Part shown: positions 29,879-39,470 of the stretch, in pieces
How the letters are laid out: each line of letters begins with the position of its first letter
Position numbering within the stretch: position 1 is the stretch's first letter
Assembly (NCBI GenBank): GCA_963840935.1
Contig: CAWJAS010000001.1
Span: forward strand, 256,875-320,874
Length of the DNA stretch: 64,000 nt
From: Candidatus Magasanikiibacteriota bacterium
GTDB lineage: Bacteria; Patescibacteriota; Patescibacteriia; Magasanikbacterales; GWA2-37-8
Direction of reading: 5' to 3'
Notes under the pieces: generated by a model
Databases searched by the model: none
The model's input: only the letters and a program-made list of their open reading frames with translations
Told to the model about the DNA's origin: nothing
Translations under genes and position numbers: made by a program

Positions 29879-29961
29879 AAATACCTGCCTCAAACCCTGC
29901 TCTTTAATCAAACCGTTCATTTACCCGCCATGTCGCATGACCTCTGGCGGGTCTTTTTTTT
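29879..29961 (+). repeat. 83 bp repeat copy 2, including terminator at 29923-29961
   Basis: Identical to 28184-28266. Confidence 0.95.
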
Positions 29962-30017
29962 GACTTTTTTCCGCTAAATTTATATAATAAACACAATATT
30001 AAAATCGATTTTTTATC

Positions 30018-32585
30018 ATGAAACAATACGACCCCAAAAAAATAGAGAAAAAATGGCAAAAAATTTGGAACAAGGAAAAAGCCTTTTCCACGCCAAAAGA
30101 CGCCATTGAAAAAAATAAATATTATATCTTGCCTCAATTGCCGTATCCTTCCGGCTCCGGTCTTCATGTCGGCCATGCCGAGGTTTATACTGCTTGCGAT
30201 ATTTATGCCCGCTACAAGCGCATGACCGGCAAAAAAGTCCTTCAAGTGATTGGTTGGGACGCTTTTGGTTTACCAGCAGAAAATTACGCCATAAAAACAA
30301 ATGTTCATCCGCGCAAATCAACCGATAAAGCGATTGATAATTTTCGTGAACAAATAAAATCTCTTGGCGTGTCTGTGGATTGGGGCAGGGAAGTGGGTTC
30401 GCATAATCCTGATTATTATAAATGGACGCAATGGTTTTTTCTGCTTTTCTACAAACGCGGACTGGCTTATCGCAAAAAACAATCGGTCAATTGGTGCGAT
30501 TCATGTAAAACAGTTTTGGCGAATGAACAAGTAACCGGTGACGGAAAATGCGAGAGGTGTGAGACTATTGTTGAACAAAGAGAGATGGAACAGTGGTATT
30601 TGAAAATTACGGATTATGCCGACCGATTACTAAAAGATTTAGATAAATTGGATTGGCCGGAAGAAACCAAAAAACGTCAGCGCGACTGGATCGGACGCTC
30701 TGACGGAGCCGAGGTTTATTTTAATGTCATTGCGAGAAGCGAAGCGCCGAAGCAATCTAATGGGATTGCTTCGTCACCTGCTACGCATGTTCCTCGCAAT
30801 GACAAAAAAATCACCGTTTTCACCACCCGGCCAGACACGTTGTTCGGCGCGACATTTATGGTACTCGCGCCCGAGCATAAATTAGTTCAGCAGTTAAAAG
30901 ACAAAATTAAGAATTGGAAAGAGGTTGAAAAATATATTAATGAAGCAAAACTCAAAACGGACCTCGACCGTCAAATACAAAAAGAAAAAACAGGAGTGGA
31001 ATTAAAAGGAATTAAGGCGATAAATCCGGCGAACAATGAAGAGATTCCTATTTTTATTGCCGATTATGTTTTGGCCACTTATGGCTTTGGCGCGATTATG
31101 GCCGTTCCGGCTCATGATGAGCGAGATTTTGAATTTGCAAAAAAATATGGGTTATTGGTTAAACAGGTTGTCATTGCGAGAAGCGAAGCGACGAAGCAAT
31201 CTCATGGGATCGCCGCGTCACTCGCTCCGCTTGTTCCTCGCGATGACAATAAGAGTTGTTATACCGGCGAAGGCGTTTCAATCAATTCCGATTTTTTAAA
31301 CGGCTTATCAACCAAAGAAGCATCTGCCAAAATGATTGGCTGGCTTCACGAAAAAAAATTGGGCAAGCGAAAAATTCAATACAAACTTCGCGACTGGTCG
31401 GTGTCCCGCCAACGCTTTTGGGGCGCCCCGATTCCTGTCCTGTATGATGAAAAAAATGAACTGCATCCGGTGTCGGAAAAAGATTTGCCGGTAATTTTGC
31501 CTGATGATGTTGATTTTAAGCCGACCGGTGAGTCGCCATTAAACTATTCAAAAAGTTTTAACAAGGGAGTAGAAAAAAAATACGGCAAGGGTTGGCACCG
31601 CGAACCCGATACGCTTGATACATTCATGTGTTCCAGTTGGTATTTTTTCCGCTATTTGGATCCGAAAAATGACAAAGCGTTTGCTTCGCCCGAAGCGCTG
31701 AAAACTTGGATGCCGGTGGATTTTTATTTGGGCGGAGCCGAGCATGTCAACAGCCATCTTTTGTATTCACGATTTTTTACCAAAGTTTTGTTTGATGAGG
31801 GGCTGATTGATTTTGATGAACCGTTTATAACCCATCGTCATCAAGGAATGATTTTGGGCGAAGATAATCACAAAATGAGCAAACGCTGGGGCAACGCGAT
31901 AAATCCGACCGATGTAATAAATGAATTTGGCGCGGATACTTTGCGCTGTTATGAAATGTTTATGGGACCTCTTGAGGCCGATAAACCATGGGATACAAAC
32001 GGTGTGCGTGGAATACGCAGATTTTTGGAGCGTGTTTGGAATTTACAGTCGCGTGTCATTGCGAGCGAAGCGAAGCAATCCCATGGGGTCGCTTCGTCGC
32101 TTGCTTCGCAGTCTCCTCGCGATGACAAATTGAATCGCCTCATCCACCAAACAATAAAAAAAGTGTCAGAGGATTTGGAAAATATGCGTTTTAATACCGC
32201 CATCGCCAAAATGATGGAATTGATTAACGAATTTTCAAAAGAGGAGAAGATTGCTAAAAGTAATTTTGAGGCGCTAATATTAATACTGGCGCCGTTTGCC
32301 CCGCATATGTGTGAGGAGCTTTGGAGTTTGCTGGGTCATAAGAATATTTTGGCTTTTGAAAAATTTCCGGAATATGATAAAAAATTGATTGAAGAAACTG
32401 AAATTACCTTGGCCGTGCAGGTTAACGGCAAATTGCGAGATACTTTGATTGTGCCGGCGGATATTACTGATAATGATGCTAAAAAATTGTCTTTGGCCAG
32501 TGAAAAGGTACAAAAATGGCTCGAGGGTAAAGAACCTAAAAAAATAATTTATATTAAAGGAAAACTGGTGAGCATTGTGGTTTGA
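30018..32585 (+). CDS. leuS: Leucyl-tRNA synthetase carrying three in-frame palindromic inserts
   Basis: PYPSGSGLHVGH, GWDAFGLPAEN, VFTTRPDTLFG, LRDWSVSRQRFWG, KMSKR, QVNGKLR. Confidence 0.97.
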   Translation: MKQYDPKKIEKKWQKIWNKEKAFSTPKDAIEKNKYYILPQLPYPSGSGLHVGHAEVYTACDIYARYKRMTGKKVLQVIGWDAFGLPAENYAIKTNVHPRKSTDKAIDNFREQIKSLGVSVDWGREVGSHNPDYYKWTQWFFLLFYKRGLAYRKKQSVNWCDSCKTVLANEQVTGDGKCERCETIVEQREMEQWYLKITDYADRLLKDLDKLDWPEETKKRQRDWIGRSDGAEVYFNVIARSEAPKQSNGIASSPATHVPRNDKKITVFTTRPDTLFGATFMVLAPEHKLVQQLKDKIKNWKEVEKYINEAKLKTDLDRQIQKEKTGVELKGIKAINPANNEEIPIFIADYVLATYGFGAIMAVPAHDERDFEFAKKYGLLVKQVVIARSEATKQSHGIAASLAPLVPRDDNKSCYTGEGVSINSDFLNGLSTKEASAKMIGWLHEKKLGKRKIQYKLRDWSVSRQRFWGAPIPVLYDEKNELHPVSEKDLPVILPDDVDFKPTGESPLNYSKSFNKGVEKKYGKGWHREPDTLDTFMCSSWYFFRYLDPKNDKAFASPEALKTWMPVDFYLGGAEHVNSHLLYSRFFTKVLFDEGLIDFDEPFITHRHQGMILGEDNHKMSKRWGNAINPTDVINEFGADTLRCYEMFMGPLEADKPWDTNGVRGIRRFLERVWNLQSRVIASEAKQSHGVASSLASQSPRDDKLNRLIHQTIKKVSEDLENMRFNTAIAKMMELINEFSKEEKIAKSNFEALILILAPFAPHMCEELWSLLGHKNILAFEKFPEYDKKLIEETEITLAVQVNGKLRDTLIVPADITDNDAKKLSLASEKVQKWLEGKEPKKIIYIKGKLVSIVV
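30725..30804. mobile_element. Palindromic REP/RPE-like element in leuS (no. 1)
   Basis: Perfect 12 bp termini TGTCATTGCGAG/CTCGCAATGACA; inner stem CGAAGCAATC/GATTGCTTCG; 78 bp core reads VIARSEAPKQSNGIASSPATHVPRND. Confidence 0.9.
31169..31248. mobile_element. Palindromic element in leuS (no. 2)
   Basis: TGTCATTGCGAG...CTCGCGATGACA; 78 bp core reads VIARSEATKQSHGIAASLAPLVPRDD. Confidence 0.9.
32054..32127. mobile_element. Palindromic element in leuS (no. 3)
   Basis: TGTCATTGCGAG...CTCGCGATGACA; 72 bp core reads VIASEAKQSHGVASSLASQSPRDD. Confidence 0.9.
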
Positions 32586-32587
32586 TT

Positions 32588-34117
32588 ATGATTTTTGAGG
32601 AGGGAATTATAAAAATAGCTAATTCAAAAAGCAAAACGTTTCTGACGTTTTGCTTTTGTTTTATTTTGGGCGTAGCTTTTGCTTCACTCAAATCAATGAC
32701 TGACCAAATAGATAATTTTATTTATGCGGTCATATCTTTGTTTTTGTTATTCTTTATTGCATTTTTTTGGCGCGATAAAAAAATTCGTCTGTATTTTTTA
32801 ATTGTCGCCGGTTTGTTTTTTGGTTTTTTTCGATACAATATATATTTTTTTAACGATTCAATTTTGCCTCGAGAAAAAATATTGCTCACGGCTCGCGTGG
32901 TTCAAGAGCCGAGCACTCGAACAAAAAATATATCATACACAATAAAAGCCGATGGTTTTAAACAAAATTTTTTGGCATATTTGCCGTTGTCTTCCGATTA
33001 CCGCTATGGGGACTCCATAAATTTGTGGTGTGATTTGGAAAAGCCAAATAGTGATTTTGCCGATGGATTCAGATATGATTTATTTTTGTCGGCTCAAGGC
33101 ATATCGGCAATATGCAATAATCCGGCAATTGTTCAGCTTGGCACGCCGATTGAATTTAAAAAAAATATTACGCAGATAATTTTTAGCCCGATTTATCGAT
33201 TCAAAGAAATCGTTGCCAGACAAGTAAAAAAATTGTGGCCCGAGCCGGAATCGGCCTTAATCGGCGGTTTGCTGTATGGCGAGCGGGCAAGTTTCCCGGA
33301 TGATTTGACGGAAAATTTTAACCGAGTTGGTCTGACTCATATTATCGCGGTTTCGGGTTTTAATATCAGCATTATCGCTTCATTTTTTATGTTTGCCTTA
33401 ATCGGCGTTGGTTTAAACAGACGCCAGGCATTTTGGGTGTCAATTATCGCAATAGGCGTTTTTGTATTTTTTTGCGGAGCTCCGGCATCCGCGGTTAGAG
33501 CGGGGATAATGGGTTCAATCGTTTTATTCGGACAATATTTGGGCCGTCCTTCTCGCGCCGGCCGAGCATTGTTTTTTACAATTTTTTTAATAGTTTTGTT
33601 TAATCCATTGGCTTTATTTTGGGACGCCGGGTTTCAACTTTCGGCAATCGCCACCGCCGGTTTGCTATATTTGCCATCAATTATAAAAGAAAAAGTTTTA
33701 AATTGTTCGTTGATTAGTAAAATTTCTAAATTAAAAATATTTTTTGAAACGAGCGTGTTTGCAGAAATTATTTTTGCCACGTTATCGGCTATTATCGCCA
33801 CATTGCCTTTGATTCTGTTTCAATTTGGTCGGTTGTCTGTTGTCGCTTTGCCCGTGAACCTGCTTGTTTTATGGCTTATCCCATATATTATGCTTTTTGG
33901 TTTTTTGGCCGTTACTTCTAGCGCTATTTTTTATCCGGCCGGACTTGTGGTCGCCTGGTTTACCGGATTTGGTTTGAAGTATATAATTATGATAAGCGAA
34001 TTTTTTGGTTCGCTTAGCTGGTCATCAGTTGATATAAAGATTCCTTGGTGGGTGATGATTGTAACGTATGGTTTGCTAATATTTTTTATTAAGCGTGAAT
34101 ATGCCCAAAAAAATTAA
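32588..34117 (+). CDS. comEC: ComEC/Rec2 competence protein, membrane part
   Basis: GLTHIIAVSGFN, SAVRAGIMG, D.GFQLS, many TM helices. Confidence 0.92.
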   Translation: MIFEEGIIKIANSKSKTFLTFCFCFILGVAFASLKSMTDQIDNFIYAVISLFLLFFIAFFWRDKKIRLYFLIVAGLFFGFFRYNIYFFNDSILPREKILLTARVVQEPSTRTKNISYTIKADGFKQNFLAYLPLSSDYRYGDSINLWCDLEKPNSDFADGFRYDLFLSAQGISAICNNPAIVQLGTPIEFKKNITQIIFSPIYRFKEIVARQVKKLWPEPESALIGGLLYGERASFPDDLTENFNRVGLTHIIAVSGFNISIIASFFMFALIGVGLNRRQAFWVSIIAIGVFVFFCGAPASAVRAGIMGSIVLFGQYLGRPSRAGRALFFTIFLIVLFNPLALFWDAGFQLSAIATAGLLYLPSIIKEKVLNCSLISKISKLKIFFETSVFAEIIFATLSAIIATLPLILFQFGRLSVVALPVNLLVLWLIPYIMLFGFLAVTSSAIFYPAGLVVAWFTGFGLKYIIMISEFFGSLSWSSVDIKIPWWVMIVTYGLLIFFIKREYAQKN

Positions 34118-34709
34118 AATATTATCCTCGCAAACGGGTTATGATTTAGCCGCGTTTGATTACGACAAAAAAGAAGCCTATTTAAACAGTTTTGAAAAAA
34201 GCCAACTTTTGCCGTTGCTTGGCGATATAAAAAACAAAACAATTCTTGATGTTGGTGCAGGTACCGGCCGATTGGCAATAAATCTTTCTAAAATTGGAGC
34301 CGAAGTAACAGCGCTTGATCTATCTCAAAAAATGCTTGATGAACTTCATAAAAAAAATCCGAATATCAAAATATCGCTTGGCGATGCCGAATCATTGCCT
34401 TTTTTGGATAATAGTTTTGATTTTGTGATTGCCGTGTTTTTGATTGTCCACCTAAAAAATCCTTCGATATTTTTTGAAGAAGCGTACCGAGTTCTCAAAG
34501 ACGGTGGAAAATTATTGGTTACAAACATTAATCAAAAAGAACCGCCGGAAATCAAAACTAAGGATGGACTGATAAAAATTGAATCATATTACCATCAGCC
34601 AAAAAATATTATTGACGCGCTTGAACAAATTGCCTTTGGTGTTGAAAAAGAATTATTTGTTAAAGAAAATGATTTATGGGTGAACCAGATAGTACTCGCG
34701 CAAAAATAA
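34101..34709 (+). CDS. Class I SAM-dependent methyltransferase
   Basis: ILDVGAGTG, GDAESLPF..NSFD, RVLKDGG. Confidence 0.9.
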   Translation: MPKKIKILSSQTGYDLAAFDYDKKEAYLNSFEKSQLLPLLGDIKNKTILDVGAGTGRLAINLSKIGAEVTALDLSQKMLDELHKKNPNIKISLGDAESLPFLDNSFDFVIAVFLIVHLKNPSIFFEEAYRVLKDGGKLLVTNINQKEPPEIKTKDGLIKIESYYHQPKNIIDALEQIAFGVEKELFVKENDLWVNQIVLAQK

Positions 34710-35539
34710 TGTCATATATTATAGTGCTTTTGATTATAACTTTGGCGATTTTGGTTTATTTAAAATTTTTTGAACAAATAAATTATCGCGTTATTTTTTT
34801 TGATATCGGCCAAGGGGATTCCGCCTTAATTAGATTTGAAAATAAAGAAAAAATGCTTGTTGATTGCGGTCCCGACCGGAGTGTTTTGAATAAATTAGGG
34901 CGGTACCTTCCGTTTTATGATCGGACGATTGATTATTTGGTCGTCACTCATTTTGATTTGGATCATTATGGCGGATGCGATGAAGTTCTTGAGAGGTATA
35001 AAGTAAAAAATATTTTAATTAATTCGGACAATAAAAGCGGAGATAAATATTTTGATAACTGGGCCGTTAGTTTAAAAGAAGAAAGGGCAAATGTAAAAAT
35101 AGTTACCAGTTCGTTTTCTTTTGATATTGCCGGAGCGCGGATTGAGGTTTTGTCGCCCGACCCGAATATACCTTCGTCAATAGTCTCCGGCAATAATCAT
35201 TCTATTGTGTTCCGACTGACTCATGGAACGACGACCGTGTTTTTTTCGGCCGACATGGAAGAGCCGGTAGAAAAAGAATTAATTAATTATTGGTGCGAAA
35301 CCCTGGAAAATGGGGAATTATGCCAAAATTTACAATCAGAATATCTCAAAGTCGGTCATCACGGCAGTGATTCATCATCCGGAAGCGATTTTTTGTCTGC
35401 AATTAGCCCAAAAAATGCCATTATTTCCGTTGGTAAGAATCATTTTGGTCACCCGTCCCTTCGCGTTTTGCGCCGACTTGAAAGAATCGGCGCGCAAATC
35501 TGGCGAACAGACGAGTTAACTGATATAATAGTTAGGTAA
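34709..35539 (+). CDS. ComEC-type metallo-beta-lactamase domain protein
   Basis: DIGQGDS, THFDLDHYGG, KVGHHGS, ISVG.N.FGHP. Confidence 0.9.
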   Translation: MSYIIVLLIITLAILVYLKFFEQINYRVIFFDIGQGDSALIRFENKEKMLVDCGPDRSVLNKLGRYLPFYDRTIDYLVVTHFDLDHYGGCDEVLERYKVKNILINSDNKSGDKYFDNWAVSLKEERANVKIVTSSFSFDIAGARIEVLSPDPNIPSSIVSGNNHSIVFRLTHGTTTVFFSADMEEPVEKELINYWCETLENGELCQNLQSEYLKVGHHGSDSSSGSDFLSAISPKNAIISVGKNHFGHPSLRVLRRLERIGAQIWRTDELTDIIVR

Positions 35540-35562
35540 ATAAGGGGGAATAACGATAAATT

Positions 35563-36330
35563 ATGGTTATCAGCGCTTTGGTGACAACTACGATTATGGC
35601 TGGTTTTTTGTTGCCCGCAACGCCCCATGACCTTGACGCGGATGGTTTGAATGATATTCAAGAAACGTATATTTATCATACCGACCCAAATTTGAGAGAT
35701 ACCGATGGAGATGGGTATGCCGACGGAATTGAAATTAAATACGGATTTTCGCCACTTCATGGAAATAACAAAAAATTATCGGAAGTCGATACTGATTCTG
35801 ACGGATTAAATGATGAATTGGAATTGGAGTTGGGCTCCAATCTAAACAGTCCGGACTCTGACGGTGACGGGCATTCGGACGGTGAAGAAGTATTAAACGG
35901 TTGGAATCCTTCAGCCGGCTTGGAAACCAGAGATGTGGCTCGTCGAATTTTAGTGAATCGTTCCACGCAGTCGCTTGATTATTTTTTGAACGGAGTAAAA
36001 ATCGGAACAATTCCCGTGTCGACCGGTTTGCGGGCCACAGAAACTCCGCTTGGCGAATTTCGTATTACTCGCAAAGCGCCCGTCGTGCATTATATCGGGC
36101 CCGGATATAATTTGCCAAATACAAAATGGAACTTGGAATTTAAACGCAGTTATTATATTCACGGCGCCTATTGGCACAATCAATTTGGCATTAGGCCGAT
36201 GAGTCACGGGTGTGTTAATGTTTCTTATAAAGACGTAGAAGCCCTATACAAATTTGCTCAAGTAGGAGATAAAGTGGAAATTATCGGAGAAACGCCAAAA
36301 GGAAAAGTGAATGTTGCTTCGGCGCGTTAG
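35563..36330 (+). CDS. L,D-transpeptidase (YkuD family) with Ca-binding DTDGDG repeats
   Basis: IHGAYWH...SHGCVN catalytic motif; four DxDxDG repeats. Confidence 0.9.
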   Translation: MVISALVTTTIMAGFLLPATPHDLDADGLNDIQETYIYHTDPNLRDTDGDGYADGIEIKYGFSPLHGNNKKLSEVDTDSDGLNDELELELGSNLNSPDSDGDGHSDGEEVLNGWNPSAGLETRDVARRILVNRSTQSLDYFLNGVKIGTIPVSTGLRATETPLGEFRITRKAPVVHYIGPGYNLPNTKWNLEFKRSYYIHGAYWHNQFGIRPMSHGCVNVSYKDVEALYKFAQVGDKVEIIGETPKGKVNVASAR

Positions 36331-36352
36331 TTGTTATTGATAATATGCGAGA

Positions 36353-36417
36353 TTGACAAAGCTTTTGAAGCGTGTTATGATGAATTATAAGCGCTTCAAT
36401 CATGAAGTTGCTTTTTT
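36353..36417 (+). promoter_or_regulatory. nusA promoter with leader hairpin and U tract (attenuator-like)
   Basis: TTGACA 36353-36358, 17 bp, TG-T-TATGAT; AAGCGCTTCA-ATCA-TGAAGTTGCTT followed by TTTT. Confidence 0.65.
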
Positions 36418-36444
36418 GTTAAAAAATTATTAATTTAAAAATTT

Positions 36445-37710
36445 ATGTCCAGCGAAATTTCAAAAGCCATCCAGACTTTGTGCGATGAAAAAAACCTTTC
36501 GTATGATGTGGTTATGGAAACCATTGAAGCCGCACTCGCGGCCGCTTATCGTAAGGATTTTGGTAATAAACAGCAAAATATCCAGGTTAAATTCGACCCG
36601 GAAACCGGTGACATCGCCGCTTGGGATGTGAAAACCGTGGTTGAAGATATTGAAGAAGAAGTTTTGGAAAAAGCCCAAGAAGAATTGGCCGGCAGGCGCG
36701 AAAAAGCCAGGGAAGAAGAGCGTGAACTGACCGAGGAGGAAATTGAAGATTTACCTCGTTTTAATCCAAAAACCGAAATGATGATAAGTGAGGCAAAAAA
36801 AATAAATAAAAAAGCCAAACTTGGCGATGTTTTGGAAATACCTTTAGAAGTGACAAGGGATTTTGGCAGAATGGCCGCGCAAACCGCCAAGCAAGTGATT
36901 ATACAAAAAATTCGCGAAGCTGAAAGGAACATGGTTTACGGGTCATACAAAGACCAAGAAGGAAAAATTATTACCGGCATAATTCAAAGAGTGGAAGGAC
37001 GCAAAGTTTTGATCGACCTTGGTAAAGTGACGGCAATAATGCCTTCAGACCAACAAATCAGCCGTGAATTCTATCGACCGGGAGCTAGGATGAAATTTTT
37101 TGTGCTTGCGGTAAATATGACAGCTAGAGGTCCGGAGATTATATTGTCCAGAAATAGCACCGGAATTATTGAAGAAATTTTTAGGCAAGAAATTCCGGAA
37201 ATCGGCGATGGTGTGATTGAAATAAAAAATATTGCCCGAGACGCAGGTTGGCGTTCCAAAATCGCTGTTTATACCGACGATAATTCCATTGACCCGATTG
37301 GTTCATGTATCGGCCAGCGCGGTGGCAGAATCAACACGATTATTGAAGAATTGGGCGGAGAAAAAATCGATGTGATTAAATGGTCTGATGATCCGGCAGT
37401 TTATATTGGTAACGCCTTATCTCCGGCAAAAGTTTTGCATACGGAAATTGATGAGGACAGCAAAGAAGCCGAAGTATATGTGATACCGGACCAATTTTCT
37501 TTGGCCATCGGGAAAAACGGCCAAAATGTTCGCTTGGCGTCGGAATTGACCGGTTGGTCTATCCGCGTTAAAGAGGAGGGAGGAACACAAGAAATATCAA
37601 GCGAAGAAATTGCAGAGCCTGAAGCAGAGGTGGAGCTCGAAGCGGAAGAGAAAGAAAACACTGAAGAAACGGCAGCGCCGGTGGAAACAGAAGAAAAAAA
37701 GAGCGAATAA
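36445..37710 (+). CDS. nusA: Transcription termination/antitermination factor NusA
   Basis: FGRMAAQTAKQVI.QK.REAER, AR.AG.RSK.AV, DPIGSCIG.RG, SLAIGKNGQNVRLAS. Confidence 0.97.
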   Translation: MSSEISKAIQTLCDEKNLSYDVVMETIEAALAAAYRKDFGNKQQNIQVKFDPETGDIAAWDVKTVVEDIEEEVLEKAQEELAGRREKAREEERELTEEEIEDLPRFNPKTEMMISEAKKINKKAKLGDVLEIPLEVTRDFGRMAAQTAKQVIIQKIREAERNMVYGSYKDQEGKIITGIIQRVEGRKVLIDLGKVTAIMPSDQQISREFYRPGARMKFFVLAVNMTARGPEIILSRNSTGIIEEIFRQEIPEIGDGVIEIKNIARDAGWRSKIAVYTDDNSIDPIGSCIGQRGGRINTIIEELGGEKIDVIKWSDDPAVYIGNALSPAKVLHTEIDEDSKEAEVYVIPDQFSLAIGKNGQNVRLASELTGWSIRVKEEGGTQEISSEEIAEPEAEVELEAEEKENTEETAAPVETEEKKSE

Positions 37711-37757
37711 ATAATAAAACCCGTCGCTCACGAGCGACAGGTAAAAATTCTTTTTAT

Positions 37758-38540
37758 ATGATTACTTCATTTTTTCACACAATATTATACCAGCCGATAT
37801 TTAATTTATTTGTCGGTATTTATAATATTATTCCGGGCCATGATGTTGGAGTGGTGATTATCATAATCACTCTTATTGTGCGATTAGTGGTTTATCCTTT
37901 GGCTTCAAAATCAATCAAAGCGCAAAAATCGGTTCAGGACCTTCAGCCAAAAATTGATGCCATAAAAAAGGAATACGCGGATGACAAGCAAAAGCAATCT
38001 TTAATGCTCATGAATGCATATAAAGAAAATAAAGTTAATCCTTTTGCTTCTTGCTTGCCTTTGCTTATTCAATTGCCGATTTTGATTGCTTTGTATATGG
38101 TGATGAGAGACGGGCTAACAGCCGATAAATTTTCGCAGGAATTGTATTCGTTTGTGACTAATCCGGGCAAATTAAATCCGATATCTTTTGGATTTATTGA
38201 TATGTCCGCTTCCAAAAATTATATTTTGGCAATTCTTGCCGGCGCGGCGCAATATTGGCAGGCCAAGGGAATGCTTTTGCGACAACCGCCGAAAGAAGCC
38301 GGTGCGGGTGGAAAAGACGAAAACATGGCGTCAATGATGAGCAAACAAATGCTGTATTTTATGCCATTAATGACTGTGGTCATCGGCGTTTCTTTGCCGG
38401 CCGGTCTTACTCTTTATTGGTTATTCAGCACCTTGTTCACTATTGCCCAGCAAACATATTTACTTCGCAAAAAAGACGATGAAGGCCCGAAAAATGAAGA
38501 CAAAAATAAAATCATTGAAGGAGAAGTAGTAAATAAATAA
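37758..38540 (+). CDS. yidC: Membrane protein insertase YidC (short form)
   Basis: LQPKI..IK..Y, NPFASCLPLLIQLPI, LPAGL.LYW..S....I.QQ. Confidence 0.93.
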   Translation: MITSFFHTILYQPIFNLFVGIYNIIPGHDVGVVIIIITLIVRLVVYPLASKSIKAQKSVQDLQPKIDAIKKEYADDKQKQSLMLMNAYKENKVNPFASCLPLLIQLPILIALYMVMRDGLTADKFSQELYSFVTNPGKLNPISFGFIDMSASKNYILAILAGAAQYWQAKGMLLRQPPKEAGAGGKDENMASMMSKQMLYFMPLMTVVIGVSLPAGLTLYWLFSTLFTIAQQTYLLRKKDDEGPKNEDKNKIIEGEVVNK

Positions 38541-38548
38541 TTTTATTC

Positions 38549-39464
38549 ATGACTCCTCTCGCGGATTCAATCAATAAAACCCTTTCTTACTTTTCGCTTT
38601 TTAGCTATCCTTTAACCAAAGAGGAATTATTCGCTTTTTTATGGCAACCCCCGTTAGTAAGTTATGAAGATTTTTTGATTAACGGTTTGCCGAATATAAA
38701 TGAAAAATACGGCTATTATTATTTGGGGAATGAAAGCGATATCGTTGATAAACGACGGGAGCGACTATTGATTTGCGAGCAAAAAATAAAAGTTGCCATT
38801 AAAGCGGTGCGAAAAATCAGGTCTGTGCCTTTTATTCGCGCTGTTTTTGTTTGTAATACCGTTGGAGCGGGGACGGCCAATCAAAAAAGTGATATTGATT
38901 TTTTTATTATAACCGCGCCAAAACGCGTTTGGCTGGTCAGATTTTTTACCAATTTAATTTTAAAATTTTGGAATTTGAGAGTTTCGGCGAATAATACGAA
39001 AAGCAAAATTTGTTTATCTTTTTTTGTTGATGCCGATAATTTGAATTTGGATAAACTTCGAAATCGTGAACGAGGATGTCTATTTAGCCTATTGGACCCA
39101 TCAGTTAATTCCTATTTTTGACCCGAATAATTATTATGAGGAATTTTTAAAATCCAATAATTGGACGGTAAAATTTTTGCCCAATGCTTATCGATTAACT
39201 TCAAAATATTTAAGCGAAGTCAAAGACACAAAAAAATCTCGTGTCTGGCGTGGAATTTGGCAAAAAATGTGGAGTGGAATTTATGGCGATATAATCGAAG
39301 GTCAGGTTAAGCAAATTCAAATGTCGATTTTCAAAAAAACGATTAAAAAAATGCCCGAAGCGGGAGATAAAGGAATGGTGATAAGCGACACCATATTAAA
39401 ATTTCATGAAAACGACGCCAGACGACAAATTTTTGAAAATTGGAAAAAAAGAATTAATCAATAA
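38549..39464 (+). CDS. Nucleotidyltransferase-like conserved protein, split by an apparent frameshift near 39062
   Basis: SDIDFFII, R.WL.R and KICLSFF in ORF1; continues as EDVYLAYW...LKFH.ND.R in overlapping ORF2. Confidence 0.6.
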
Positions 39465-39470
39465 TTATAT

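Noticed and set aside
13122-29961. A complete diversity-generating retroelement
   Set aside because: No reverse transcriptase, Avd or template repeat is visible, and the four C-terminal regions differ at many non-adenine-type positions and in length.
13615-29961. CRISPR array or integron attC cassettes
   Set aside because: Each repeat has only two copies separated by whole genes, they include ordinary terminators, and no RYYYAAC/GTTRRRY core pair, integrase or cas gene was seen.
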